Shown here one piece after another: positions 38,421 through 51,277 of a DNA stretch of 64,000 nucleotides. Position numbers and translations under genes: made by a program. The first letter of the stretch is position 1, and each line of letters opens with the position of its first letter. The stretch lies in contig NC_042998.1 in NCBI RefSeq assembly GCF_006345805.1, forward strand, positions 170,624,001 to 170,688,000, given 5' to 3'. The stretch comes from Octopus sinensis (Eukaryota). A model generated the notes under the pieces. The model was not told where the DNA came from. It worked only from the letters and a program-made list of their open reading frames with translations, and did not search any database.

Positions 38421-38740
38421 AGGCACAGGCATGGCTACATGGTTGAGAAGTTTGCCTTTCAACCACATGGTTTCAAATTCAGTCCGACTACATGGCACTT
38501 TCGGCAAGTGTCTTCTACTAAAATGGATTTGGTAGATGGAAATTGAAAGAAGCCTGTAATGTGTGTGTATTCGTGTTTCCTTGCATGATAGTTGTAAAAT
38601 GATTGTCACTGTCGTACAAGTGGTGTCTTTCATTTCCATTCTTCTGTGTGACCATGTTTGGCCATGGGGGAATATTACCTTGGAAATAGATGAAGATTAG
38701 CAACAAGAGGGGCATTCAGCCATAGAAAATCTGCAACAAA
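38421..38740 (+). mobile_element. tRNA-derived SINE (third, CORE-like family); relatives at ~26770-26915(-), ~32290-32440(-), ~45020-45150(-), ~60740-60825(-)
   Basis: GGCACAGGCATGGCT...TGGTT head and GGCAAGTGTCTTCTACTA core repeated across the window. Confidence 0.7.
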
Positions 38741-39655
38741 TTTTGTTTGACATTACAACTGTAATGATGATATGTAAATATACACACACAAATTATATAT
38801 AAATCATTATCATTTAAAGTTTGCCTTCCACACTGGCATGGTTTGAGAGGAGTTGGCTAGGCAAAAGACTGCATCATGCTTCAATGTCTGTTTTGGCATG
38901 GATTTTTATGGCTGGGTGCCCTTCCTAACACCAACCACCCTGCAGAGTGGACTTAGTGCTTTTTACATGGCACAGGCAAGGTCAGTTTTGGCATGGTTTT
39001 TACAACTCCAACCACTTTACAGTGTGGAGTGGATGCTTTTTACATGGCACCAGCACTGGCAGGGTTACCAAGTAACTTGCAAGATGAAGATCCTTTGAGA
39101 GGAGAGAGGGCATTGGAGGAGGTGAAATGTTCGAATGTGACGGAGAGACAGAAACAGGTGTCTTGTTGGAGGTACATAGTTACCCAGTCAGAGAGAGAGA
39201 GAGAGTATCAAGAATGAGGATAGAAATAGATGTGTGGCTTTAGAGGAGATACATGGTCGCTCAGCCAGAGGGAAGAGTGAGAGATAGAGGAAAGAATAGA
39301 AATGCTAATGATTATGTTCTCTGATAATTCATTATTACTAACAGTGAATTTAGTTTTTTAGTATATATATATATAAAGAGAGAGAGAGAGAGAGCAAAAT
39401 GTGCATTGATATGATGATAGGTTGGAATATCTATATCTGTACATGCGCATATATATATATATATATCATTATCATAGTTTAACGTCCGTTCTCCATGCTA
39501 GCATGGGCTGGACGGTTCGACCGGGGATCTGGGAAGCCAGGAGGCTGCACCAGGCTCCGGTCTTATCTGGCAATGTTTCTACAGCTGGATGCCCTTCCTA
39601 ACGCCAACCACTCCGTGAGTGTAGTGGGTGCTTTTTACATATATATATATATATA

Positions 39656-40866
39656 CAGGGGATAAACAAAGTAATGGGAACACCTTAAAATTTCAAACAA
39701 ATTTATTTTAATGTAGGGTAGGACCACCTTTGGTAGTAATTACAGCTTGAATTCTACAAGTTATGGACTCGTACAAAGTTTGAATTGTTTCCAAAGGAAT
39801 TTTTGTCCATTCTTCAGCTAAAACAGTCTCCAGTTCTTGTAGTGATGATGGTGGAGGATATTGACTCCTTACTTGTTTTCCTAAAATGCACCATAAATGT
39901 TCAATAATATTGAGATCTGGGGACTGTGGTGGCCAGATATGATGTTCAACTTCACTAGAATGTTCCTCATGCCATTCAGTAACAACTTTAGCTGTGTGAA
40001 ACAGTTCCGCAACCATAGGATGAATTTGATCAGATAAAATGCTTAAATAGTCTTGACTATTAATTCTGCCATTAAGGGAAACCATTGTGCCAGCAGATTT
40101 CCAAGATATGCCACCACTACCAGTTCATCATAGATCTTCCTCCATGTTTAACAGTTGGAAGAAGGCAGTCTGGGTCAAATGCTTCTTTTGGCTGTCTCCA
40201 CACGTATACTTGGCTAGTGGTTGGAAATATGGTAATGGATGACTCATCCAAGAAAATAACACTCTTCTACTGCTCTAGGGACCAATTCTGTAGGTTTTTA
40301 CTATACTCTAAATGCTTTGCAACATTTGTTTTTGAAAGTAGTGGTTTTCTGATTGCAGCCCTCCTGTGAAATCCGGCTTTGTGCAGCTCCCAGCAAACAG
40401 GTTTTGTAGAAACTGGGTTCTTGAGGTAGTCATTAAGTTCTGCAGTAATTTTGGGAGCTATGCTTTTGTGATCCTTTCTAACAATTCCCTATCTGAAAGT
40501 TTTGGTTTTCTTCCAGAGTTTTGTTTCGACGAGGTTTTTCCCTCTTTCTCAAAGACTGTCATTACTTTCCAGACAGTACTTTTTGATACACCAAACATTT
40601 TGGCTGTCTTCATTATGCTAGCACCTGCCATACAAGTACCAACAATTTGACCTCTTTGAAAGTCCGATAGATCTGTTATTTTAATGCATTTTAATTACTT
40701 TTTTCTGATGATATCTGAAAAGAAACAGCAATTTTAGCAAAACATATCAAGCAACACTAATTATAAATCAAAAGACATAAAAATAAACAAGCTTTTGACG
40801 GTTTTATAGATATTTCAAAATTATGATGCTAGTTGATAATATTTCCATTATTTTATCTAACCCCTG
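39656..40866 (-). mobile_element. Tc1-like DNA transposon with disrupted transposase
   Basis: TA-CAGGGG...CCCCTG-TA termini; WPPQSPDLNIIEHLW and AVITTKGGPT. Confidence 0.92.
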
Positions 40867-40944
40867 TATATGTGTGTATATATGTATGTGTATATATATA
40901 TAATTTAAATAATGAGGGTGATAAATTGAATATTAATTTAATTG

Positions 40945-41380
40945 GCACTTAAAAAACACCATCCGAGCGTGGCCATTCGCCAGCCTCATCTGGCACCTGT
41001 GTCGGTGGCACATAAAAACACCATCCAAGCATGGCCGTTCACCAGCCTCGTCTGGCACCTGTGTCGGTGGCACATAAAAAAAAACACCATCCGAGCGTGG
41101 CTGTTCACCAGCCTCGTCTGGCACCTGTGTCGGTGGCACATAAAAAAACATCATCCGAGCGTGGTCGTTCGCCAGCCTCGTCTGGCACCTGTGTCGGTGG
41201 CACATAAAAAGCACCCACTACACTCACGGAGTGGTTGGCGTTAGGAAGGGCATCTAGCTGTAGAAACACTGCCAGATCTGACTGGCCTGGTGCAGCCTTC
41301 GGGCTTCCCAGACTCCAGTTGAACCGTCCAACCCATGCTAGCATGGAAAGCGAACGTTAAACGATGATGATGATGATGAA
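40945..41380 (+). repeat. RTE 3' end containing four near-identical ~60-bp minisatellite units
   Basis: Unit CACCATCCGAGCGTGGCCRTTCRCCAGCCTCRTCTGGCACCTGTGTCGGTGGCACATAAAAA x4, followed by the (GAT)n tail. Confidence 0.88.
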
Positions 41381-41438
41381 TTTAAAACCAGTAGCTTAGC
41401 ATATAGAAAATCTGAAAATTCAGAAAAATTGTATACGC

Positions 41439-41473
<35 letters not shown>

Positions 41474-42084
41474 CACACACACACATATATAAGCATATGT
41501 ACTGATATAGAGATCTCAGCTTCTATCACTGTTATCATATCAATGCACATTTTGCTACAGATAGTCAGTTCTTTATGCAGCACTGTGTTGCTAATCACTG
41601 CAACCTTTTGTCCTCTCCTCCACGAGATACACCATCCTCATTGCATGTTTTCCATTTGGAGCTCACAATACTTTCTTGGTCAGCAATCATCTTCCACATG
41701 CATTACATATACCAACATGGGCTTTTCTCTGACATTCATGCACACTGATATTACATGCACATTCATCAGAGCATGCTTGCCTCATTTCTTTCTAGCTTTC
41801 ACTGGATCTCCACAGTCAAAGCCCATGTCTCATTACCATGAAGTATTGTAATTCAAGCACATATACAATCTGCCTTTCACACTGAGGGAGAAGGCTTTGT
41901 TACCAGTGCAGGTAATAGCTCCCTAAATTTCTTTCCTACCAGTTCAGAACATCCATCTCACCTAAGTAACAGAAGTTACCTTCTACTAGTGAACCAGCTG
42001 GGCATTTAAGTGAATCTATTTCTGGCATACTCTGAGTGCTTAGTACACAACCCTTTCACACATACATACTCTTCGCCTTCTTAA

Positions 42085-42304
42085 CCCTTTCGTTACCAAC
42101 CCGGCCGAAACCGCCTCTGGCTCTGAGTATAAATATCTTGTTTTCATAAGTTTTGAATTAAAATTTTCTACCAAACCTTAGTCACAAACTATGTTCCTAA
42201 CACTAGCTGAATGATAACTAAGTTATTTTACTAAATTCTTTGTTATATTTAAATTAATTGAAAGAAACACAGAACATCTCAAAATAAATACAGTAACGAA
42301 AGGG
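42085..42304. mobile_element. piggyBac-type MITE
   Basis: TTAA TSD; TIR CCCTTTCGTTAC / GTAACGAAAGGG. Confidence 0.85.
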
Positions 42305-42815
42305 TTAAAGAAGCATCCCTAAGAAACATTATTTTCTTCTCTACCATGTAACATTAATTCAAAGTTGCTTTTCAAGTGGTAAATTACTTTGAGTTACACT
42401 TTCACCAAAAATAACAAGAAAGAAAATATTCAATTATTTAATGCCCCAATTAATGTGTGAGGAGTATAGACATGTACTACACCAAAGATGTTGGGCATAA
42501 ACACCTCCCAATTGTGGTAAGCAATCATATAGTTGCCTCTTAGAAAAGTTTATGCAAGGTAAGGGTTTATGGAAATAATTTATATGTTAACCAATTTGTA
42601 TGAACATGATTCAATGAAGATTAAACAAAACAAGAAGACAGAATAGAAAAATAAAGTAACAGTATTCAATCACATGAGATTTAATGCTCCCAAGTAAAAC
42701 TTTTAAATTGTTAAGTATACAGCTTTTTGTTTAGTTTTTTTTATAGCCAGATGGTTATTCATCAAATTCATATGATATTTTTGTATTTTTTAGTTTCAGT
42801 CACTGGATACGAGCA

Positions 42816-43823
42816 ATGACCACAATTACTGAAAGAAAATTTTTAAAAAATCTTAGTACACCTCCAGGGGACTTACGCTATGAAATTGAAAGATTATTGA
42901 CGTTTTTTGAAAATATTCATCCAAAGCTAACATCTGTACAACTCTCTGGAAATGGTTATTATTATGATACTACAGCAGAAAAAATTATGTGCTATTTCTG
43001 TAAAACTGTAGTTAAATTTTCAGATTCCAGTTTCAAACATGACCATTCATGTAGATACAAAGTTGACAGTTTTCCGGTCTATTTATATGATGAAACAGAT
43101 GGTGAAAATGCTGCAGCTTTTAATGTTCAAAACACTGAACGAGAAACTGAAACTGTAGTAACAACTAGTACTGAAAAAGTTATTAATTCAAATAAAAATG
43201 AAATGCTTGATATGCAAAAAAGACTGGATACCTTTAAAAATTGGAACAAAAGCGTGCCAGTAACACCCACAGATCTTGCCAAGAATGGATTTTATTACCT
43301 AGGTTATGGTGATGCCGTTAAATGTGCATACTGCTCTGTCCAACTGCGCAACTGGAAAGAAAATGATGATGTCCATAAAGAACATACACGTTTTAGTCCG
43401 AAATGTCCAAATTTAGAATCTTTTATGAAAATGGATTTGAAATACGAACTGAATCGGATAAAAAGTTTTGTCAAGTGGACGACATCTTACCCATTAAAAG
43501 CTAAAGATTTGGCAGCTAATGGTTTCTACCACAAGGGGCCTGCAGATAATGTCTGTTGTATATTTTGCAAATGTGAAATCAATAATTGGAAAGCCAATGA
43601 TAATATTAAAGAAAAACACAGGTCAGTTTCTCCGAACTGCCCTTCTTGTGTGAGAAATTGGTAGGTAATGTACCTATACAAGCTCGGAGTAACATTCTAT
43701 TTGACCGCCCGATACATCCGAATCTTGCTTTGTTAAGTGAACGCCTTAAAACATTTTCTTCGTGGCCAAAGGATAAAAAACAAAAACCAGAAGTTTTAGC
43801 AGAAGCTGGTTTTTTTCATAATG
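42816..43823 (+). CDS. IAP copy 2 coding exon 1: BIR1 (shortened), BIR2, BIR3 and N-half of BIR4; 1-nt frameshift at ~43643
   Basis: RLDTFKNW...GFYY...CAYC-x16-H-x6-C; RIKSF...CIFC-x16-H-x6-C; after the shift FLCEKLVGNVPI...ERLKTFSSWP...LAEAGFFHNG; donor G|GTAAGT at 43823/4; acceptors TAG (42793) and CAG (42799) just upstream of the ATG. Confidence 0.93.
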
Positions 43824-45562
43824 GTAAGTATACATAAAAAATATCATGTTTGAGTCTATGATCAATTTCTTTTACTCTATTATTTCCAGTTTCCATGTTA
43901 GCATGGTTTGACAATTGAGATTTTTACATGTTTTTGGAGAAAGCTAGGCAAGCAAAGAACATATACCTCTTTCCTCAAGGACACAATGTAACAAGTAACA
44001 AGGTTTGAACTTATAATCAGATTATTACCTCTGTATTTAGAATGTCTCTGAATATTAAAACTTACCCTCTATTTACAATGACAAAATAAATAGCAAAAAT
44101 TGATCTGAACAATATGTATAGTGTAATCATATTATCTTCATCTTTTGAGTTTTTATCTATTTTGATGATGTTGTATAGTGCCAAATCAATCCTGCTTGAA
44201 CAGACCAATAATCAATCACAGGTATTCTTTTCAAACATTTTTATCTCTGATACAATGCTTTACATGTCTTTCCAATTTTTAAAAACAGCAGAGCATAAGT
44301 TGAGAGAGATTTGATTGCTATCAGGATAGTGGAATTAGATCTGCAATAATTATTTGGGTTGCTGAAGTTGGAGTCATTAAACTACAACTCTACATCTGAA
44401 TAAATGTAAAATGTAATATAATGCACTAGTATTTCCAATTTTACACTCAGACGTTAATTTAAAAACAGATATAAGGGCTTCTATGCAGGAAGAGCTGGTG
44501 GAAACAATTCTATTTCTAAGAACAAGGTGTTAGTAAATTTTGAATTTGGATTTTTGATTTACCATTATTCTACAATATGTTTCTTTAATAAATTTTGTGT
44601 AGATTAACTTTTGAGTACTTCACAAAATAATTTTATTTAATGTAATCTTTCTTGTTATACTCACTTTGATTATATATTAAAAAATAATACTTTAATCTTG
44701 ATAAGGAAGTGTTATGTATGTAATTGATCGTTTGTTCAGTTGCTTTGGGTGTTAAGTCTTTTAGTTTCAACTTATGTGTGGAAAAACAAAGAGGTTCCTG
44801 ATTTTCTTTTGTAGTATTTGTATAGTTTATTACTTTAATATTCTTTTAATTCATAGCTTCTGGTATTAAAAAAAAACAGTTTCTTTTTATAAACCCTTTG
44901 GAAACAAAGGACACTGTTTGCATGATAGTACATTCATTCACAACTGTCACACAATCTCAAGGCAAGGAAACAGTAATGCACTTACGTATGCAAATGTACA
45001 CACACACACGCATTACAGGCTTCTTTCAGTGTTTGTCTACCAAATCCACTTATAAGACCAGGACTACAGTAGAAAACACTTGTCCAAGGTGCCACATAGT
45101 GAGACTGAACCTAGAACCATATGGTTGGGAAGCAAAAATCTTACCACATATTTCATATTTCAAGTGACTACATAGTTGCTCCCTTGTTGGTCCATATTTT
45201 TCTTTTTCTAACTTGGTATTCATAAAACTGGAAACCTCTCCCCAAACCAAAAATGCTTTGATAAAGAAGGGTTGCTGTTATTTGACATTGAATAAGCTCA
45301 GTCGGTTCATTATCTGCAAAGTAAAAATGTGAAATGTAATTGAAATGCCACTTAAGTCTTGACGTCATTTAATGTCTATGTTCCATGGATTAGATGATTT
45401 GGCAGAATCTGATAACTCTAAGGACTGTATCATGCTCTAGAGTCTGCCTTGGTATATTTGTATGGCTTGATGCCCTTATGCCAACTGCTTTACAGTGTGT
45501 ATTGGGTCCTTTTTTTTTGTACCACCAACACCAGTGTTTAACCACTTAGCCTTTTTGTTTAA

Positions 45563-45778
45563 CCCTTTAAGCATTCAGATGTATTTCTTATTTATTCACA
45601 CTGTTGTGAATTAATCATACATTATCTTGCAGCTTCAAGAGGTCAATAGTGTGTTTTTGTATATTTTTAGAATGACATTATAGAGGAGGTGTGAGAGATT
45701 GGATCTGGTCAGTTAGAACATAAAACAAATAGAATATCTGGATTAAAGTACAATATGGCTGGATTAAATGCTAAAGGG
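45563..45778. mobile_element. piggyBac-type MITE
   Basis: TTAA-CCCTTTA...TAAAGGG-TTAA. Confidence 0.75.
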
Positions 45779-46883
45779 TTAAAAATTGATAGTAAAATTA
45801 TATCTACTGGCTCAATTGATGCCAGTTTCTACCTAAGTCCACACCTACTTAAAACATACTTGCATTTTATAGTTGAATTGTTGGTTTTTGGCCAAAGTCA
45901 GTCAGTTATAAGTCTGCTTCAAAGTGTTTCTCTCAGGCTGACATTAATAAATGAGTGTTGAATTTTTTTTTTTTTAATTAACTCTTTCGTTATCACATTT
46001 CTGTTAAAATACACAGCCTTTGTTTCATTTGATTTTGAAAATAATGAAAAATTTTCTAAAATAACTCTGTCATTATTAATCTGGTGTTTAGAACATAAAT
46101 TAGAGTGAAATTTTGATAAAAGGTTCAAATTTTAATCACTTCAAAACAAGAAGTTTGTATCATAGATTCAAGGGCACTTTCAAACTTTCAAAGAGCTAAA
46201 TAATATATATTCAATAATCTATTATAGTTAAAATTTTACTCATCATAAATTTCAGTGAAAGTAAAAGAAACACATCTGTTTGTTATGTAAATATTCTTTG
46301 AAGCAGTTATTGCTCACAACTTTTCATAAAATTATATCTTCTTAAAGGAGATAATGAAGAAGTTTAGATTTGTTCATTCAACCCAACATACAAAATTATA
46401 ACAATTGTTAATACGAATCTAAGTGCATACTAACTTCACTTCATTCTTTTTATTAACATCATCTTCAAGAAAGATGATGAATTTATGGACTCCATCGTTA
46501 ACATGTCAAACTAAATACCTTGTCTTTTTTTTTTTGTTTTGCTCTTTTTAGTTCTGAGTTTAAATCCTGCTGAGGTCAACCTTACCTTTCAGTCATGTGG
46601 AGCCAATAAACCAGTGTTAATTAAATACTGGAGTTGATGATATCACCTAAACTTATCCCCTCAAAAATTGCTGGCCTTGTGCCTAGATTAGAAACAGTTA
46701 CAATTGTGTTCAAGAACAGTAGATGGTAGATTCAGCATAATACTACCCATCATGTCTTGCAGCATTTAGATACATCTCCTTAGATTCTGAGTTCTGGTCC
46801 CACGAGAGTTGACTTAATAACTAATAAAAGCTTTCAATTTAATTTGTCTTAGTTATTCACTTTCATTTTCTATTGCTCTACAG

Positions 46884-47065
46884 GAAAGTCTGATACAGTA
46901 ATTTGTTTTAGCTGTGATGGCGGTTTGTGTAATTGGGATGATGATGATCAACCATGGCATGAACATGCTCGATGGTTTCCAAGATGTACTTTTGTACAAC
47001 AGATGAAAGATTCTAAGTACATTGCATCTGCAAGTATGAAAAACAAAGCATCTTCATATAACCAG
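46884..47065 (+). CDS. IAP copy 2 coding exon 2: C-half of BIR4
   Basis: CAG acceptor, phase 1-0. (G)KSDTVICFSCDGGLCNWDDDDQPWHEHARWFPRCTFV...YNQ; donor CAG|GTAAAA. Confidence 0.95.
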
Positions 47066-48439
47066 GTAAAAAAAAATAACATCACTATTCATTTTTCTGA
47101 TAAATAACTTTTATTGATAGCTAGACTATTTCTACTGCTTAAAGTATATTGCTACACTTGTTAATTCATACATGTATTTCAAGAGTTAAAGGAACATTTT
47201 GTACATTACACTAGCATTTAGGGTACTAAATCAGAAGAAAATCTGTGAAGCATCTATGTTCTAAATGTCTAAAATATGCTAATAAGTTTATAATTTTTCA
47301 GATATTATTAACCTCTTCTTTAGTGATAAAATCATTTTTAATATTTACACCTATACTACATTTCAGTTACTTTGTAAGTGATAAAATAGAGATTTCTACT
47401 CTAACTATTGGTATTGTTGTGTAGAACTGAACACTTCGCATGAGATGTTCCCTATCGTATTTGATGAAATGTTCAAGGTGAACCAACAGATTTACTACAC
47501 TAGATATGCTGGACTTCTGTCTGTTCTTGAACCATACTGTGCATCTTATCATGTGTCATTCAGTTATTTGTAGTACTGAGGCAATTTGGAAATCTAACAC
47601 CTACCTTACCCAACCTGCTCCTATGAGTGATGCAAAATGTAGCTATTGATATAATGTATATTTTACTTCTTGTGTAATTACTGCAATTATGTAGGTGTGA
47701 CAGTATTATCTTGGTTCAATGTTAAATTATTAAGATATTTGTAGGCTATTTTTAGAAATGATTTGTTTTAATTTTCCGTAGATAAGACATGTGCTGAATC
47801 ACTGATCATGTAAAATATGCTATGTTCCAAAGTTTGTTAGAGGACCTGGGTAATTTTTACAGAGAGTAGATTGAGCCCCAAGTGGGGTGGATTTCGTGCA
47901 TTCTTTGTAAACTACATTGATGATTTCCTTGTTTTGGTTTGATACCATGCCAGTTTGAAGTTTAAATGCTGAATTATTGAACTACAATTACCTGAATTCA
48001 AATGTTACTGCAGCCATTACTATGTTGTGTATTTAGGCAAGATATATTGTCTCCTTGGGCAGGATATATTTTCATCATCATTATTTAACGTCCATTTTTC
48101 ATACTGACATGGGTTGGACGGTTTGACCAGAGCTGGCATGCTGGAGAGCTGCACCAGACTCCTGTCTGATTTAGCATGGTTTCTATGCCTGGATGCCCTT
48201 CCTAACACCAACCACCTTACAGAGTATACTGGGTGTTTTTACGTGGCACTCCTAAAGGCCAATTCACTTCACCACTTCTGCTGTGGAGTACGGGTCTTCT
48301 TGAGTACAGCAAGGTGTCGGGTATCTTGGTCCTTTGTTATCTTGTCTGAAATGTTCAGCATCCTGAAGTCATCCATCAGTACTTCAGATATATGCAGCAA
48401 CCAGTGTTTGTTTCTCTTGTTAATCATATGATTGGACTC

Positions 48440-49950
48440 CTCTTTCATCAGATCATTTTACTATAATATCAGCTAAAAACCTAATGTATTATGCTTATGC
48501 CTCACTGAGAAGCATACTTTACACTCTGATATTTGGTGATAAATGGTTTCACGGTCTGGACATATCATGCTCTTTCCACTATACAGTCTACTTCTATACA
48601 CCCCCAGATTCTGGTTCTCTGCACTAATTTGTTAATAGTATGCATCCCAGCAGTTTCTGGGTCTAGCAAGGCTATTTCTGTATTTATTTTTTAAAAATTT
48701 TTCTGACTAAGTGAAAGATAAAGTGTTTTTAGGGTGCTGTTGTGTGTTTAGCTGTCTGGAAAGGATTTTTACCCCTGTTGTAACAGGAGGGACTGTAAGA
48801 TTTGAAGTTTGCTGCACTTACAAACAATGGCTCTTTTATGTTCATATGGTCTTTCATTTTTAGTACTTTTATGTTGATGTGTAGATAATCTGTATAACCC
48901 ATGATGATGCATAGTGTGTTGTTTTGTGATTTGGTAATCTATTGTGGTTTATTTGGAAGAGATCAAGGATTCAAACAGAACTGGCATAGTCTATTCTGGA
49001 TCTAATGTATCTTTTGCACATCATTGTTGTTGTTTGTTTCTGCTGACCAAATGTGGCACTTGTGATTGTTGTATGTTTATAAGTCTATTTACTTTATTAT
49101 GTCTTCTGTGTGTGCTGTGAATGTTGTTGTAGTGTCTGTTGTATGTAATTCCTAGTATTTGTTCTCTGATGTTGCTGATAAGAGGAGAAACAGTGGACTG
49201 TGTAGGTTTGGAGTAGTTGTCCGGCTGCATCTGGAAAATACGAGGAAGATGTGACTAATGTCATCAGCATATAAGACTGTGTGTATGTTTAAAGGAAGTG
49301 CAAGATTGTATCTGTTCGTATAATGTGAAAAGAGTGATGATTGGACAGTGTCTTTTTGAAAAAATTATAAGTTCCTGTCTTGTATACTACATGAGCATAT
49401 CAATCTAAATGGTAGCTTTCTATCTTTGAGGAGTGGGAAGTCTTTCTCTCACCTATCAATTTATAGTATTGAGAATGCATCTGATTGTGCCACTGGCATT
49501 AGAGAAGTTGTCCATCACCCTGTGCCAGCTTTTATTCATGCAAATGCTTTCACAGATGAGCTACCTTTGCTGGACCTTGCAAAGTCTGTGTTTTCTCAGT
49601 TTCTTTATTATTTTTTTCCTAGAGACTGGATGCCTTTCTTGTTGACAACTTGTTTACAGCACAGACTAAGTACATTTTTAGTGTGCTGTCACTGGTACAA
49701 GAGAGGTTGTTTGCATGCGAGGTGTGGGGTTAGTTACCAATGGGGAGCCCTCAATGACAACTTTAGGTAGCTGAACATAAAATTGTTCTCACTAAGTATT
49801 TTTTGTGTGAGGGGTAGCTTGCAGTGGTATTTGGATCCAGCTTGAAGTGAGATTGTCTTTAGGATCTAGGTAGATGGGAATATACTGCACTGCAGTAATG
49901 GCAGCTAGACCCTTTCAAGGGAATTTTTCTCGGTGGACTCGAGGCAGCTG
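48440..49950 (-). mobile_element. Highly degenerate non-LTR retrotransposon (clade unresolved)
   Basis: Minus-strand LYADD at ~49261-49275; boundaries approximate. Confidence 0.45.
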
Positions 49951-50402
49951 GGCCTAGATTGGTAGAAGGTGGGCATCAGATTCTTTAAAACTTATATTGT
50001 TACCTGCAACACTTTAAAAATACATGTATAATGTAATTAAAACTTTAAAATTAGTTATGTGTTATTTTGTTCATTCAACAATATTTTTTCAATGACAGGT
50101 AGTTTATAGAAATCTCAGCAACTGTAACTTAGAAAGATTTGACCAATAAAAAATCATTACAAGAAGATAAATAACTTGGTGAAATAATTTTCAAATGCTA
50201 AATTATTGCAAGAACTTCAGCTTCATAGTGCTTAGTATTTATGCTTTGAAACAAACCATCATTTCTTCTACTTTGGCAGTTGTTATATGGCACAGCAGGG
50301 ATAAAATACATGATAACAGAGAAACATGTATGCCTGTATCTGTGTATACCATTATAATATTACTGAAATTATAACTTTTTTTATTTTTGTTTTGTTTTAA
50401 AG

Positions 50403-50505
50403 GTGTTAGATAATGCTAGTTCAGTTCTAGATGGTTCTGCAGAACCTACTGAAGGATCAACTACTATTGAAGATGTTACAACTTTCCCAAATACTCCAAC
50501 TTCAG
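50403..50505 (+). CDS. IAP copy 2 coding exon 3: Ser/Thr-rich linker
   Basis: T-rich tract plus AAG acceptor, CAG|GTAAG donor. Phase 0-1 bridges the flanking exons; VLDNASSVLDGSAEPTEGSTTIEDVTTFPNTPTS has no stops. Confidence 0.82.
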
Positions 50506-50740
50506 GTAAGAAAAGATACATGTCTGAATCTGTAAATGTTTTATTTATTTATAACTAAAAGCATGCTGTTCCCTTATTGTCATTGACACTTATAGAATAT
50601 TTCTTATCTAACTAAATAAGGAGTCTCATGAAATTTATAGCAACAGACAATGCTTTAAATTTTGCTGATAGCTCATATTGCCATGGGTTATGAAGCTGAG
50701 TTTTAATAGTAGAAGATAAGCAGCAATAACTCTAATGATA

Positions 50741-50743
<3 letters not shown>

Positions 50744-50780
<37 letters not shown>

Positions 50781-50815
50781 CCTCCCTCTCCCCTCTCTCT
50801 CCCTCTCCCCTCTCT

Positions 50816-50857
<42 letters not shown>

Positions 50858-50870
50858 CCTCCCTCCCTCC
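50744..50870. repeat. CT-rich polypyrimidine microsatellite
   Basis: Direct reading. Confidence 0.9.
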
Positions 50871-51277
50871 AGAAATGGGAAAATAAAGTCCCTTCTGCTA
50901 GAACCCGTCAAAATCTCTCTTAGTCAGAAATCCAACATCTTATCCTTTCTACCATTTTGCTCAGTTTTTACGAAAAAAAACTACCTTGCTACAGTAACTA
51001 TGCAAAGAAGACTTTTGTAGCCCAATGGCACAAATGGCAAAAGTAGATGGAAGTGATGTGCAGCACAGCACAGTATGGGACTAAGGATATTTACAACTAC
51101 TTCAGTTTGTTAACAAAATCACACATTCACAAACTTTTCCAACTCGAGAAAGAAGTTGAATTTTTTATAATGATACCATCTCATAACTAAATGAACAACT
51201 CAAGCCAAAGGTTAAGAATGAGATCATCTAGCAAACCAATCACTATATTTACGTAGATCAATTTATCTGTGTAGACC

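Noticed and set aside
40945-41215. CRISPR-like array
   Set aside because: Contiguous tandem units with no unique spacers, eukaryotic context and no cas genes.
43638-43650. Programmed -1 ribosomal frameshift
   Set aside because: There is no X-XXY-YYZ heptamer or evident stimulatory structure; an indel is more parsimonious.
42816-43823. Viral (baculovirus-type) IAP insertion
   Set aside because: The gene has spliceosomal introns, a UBA and a tandem paralog, and there are no viral neighbours.
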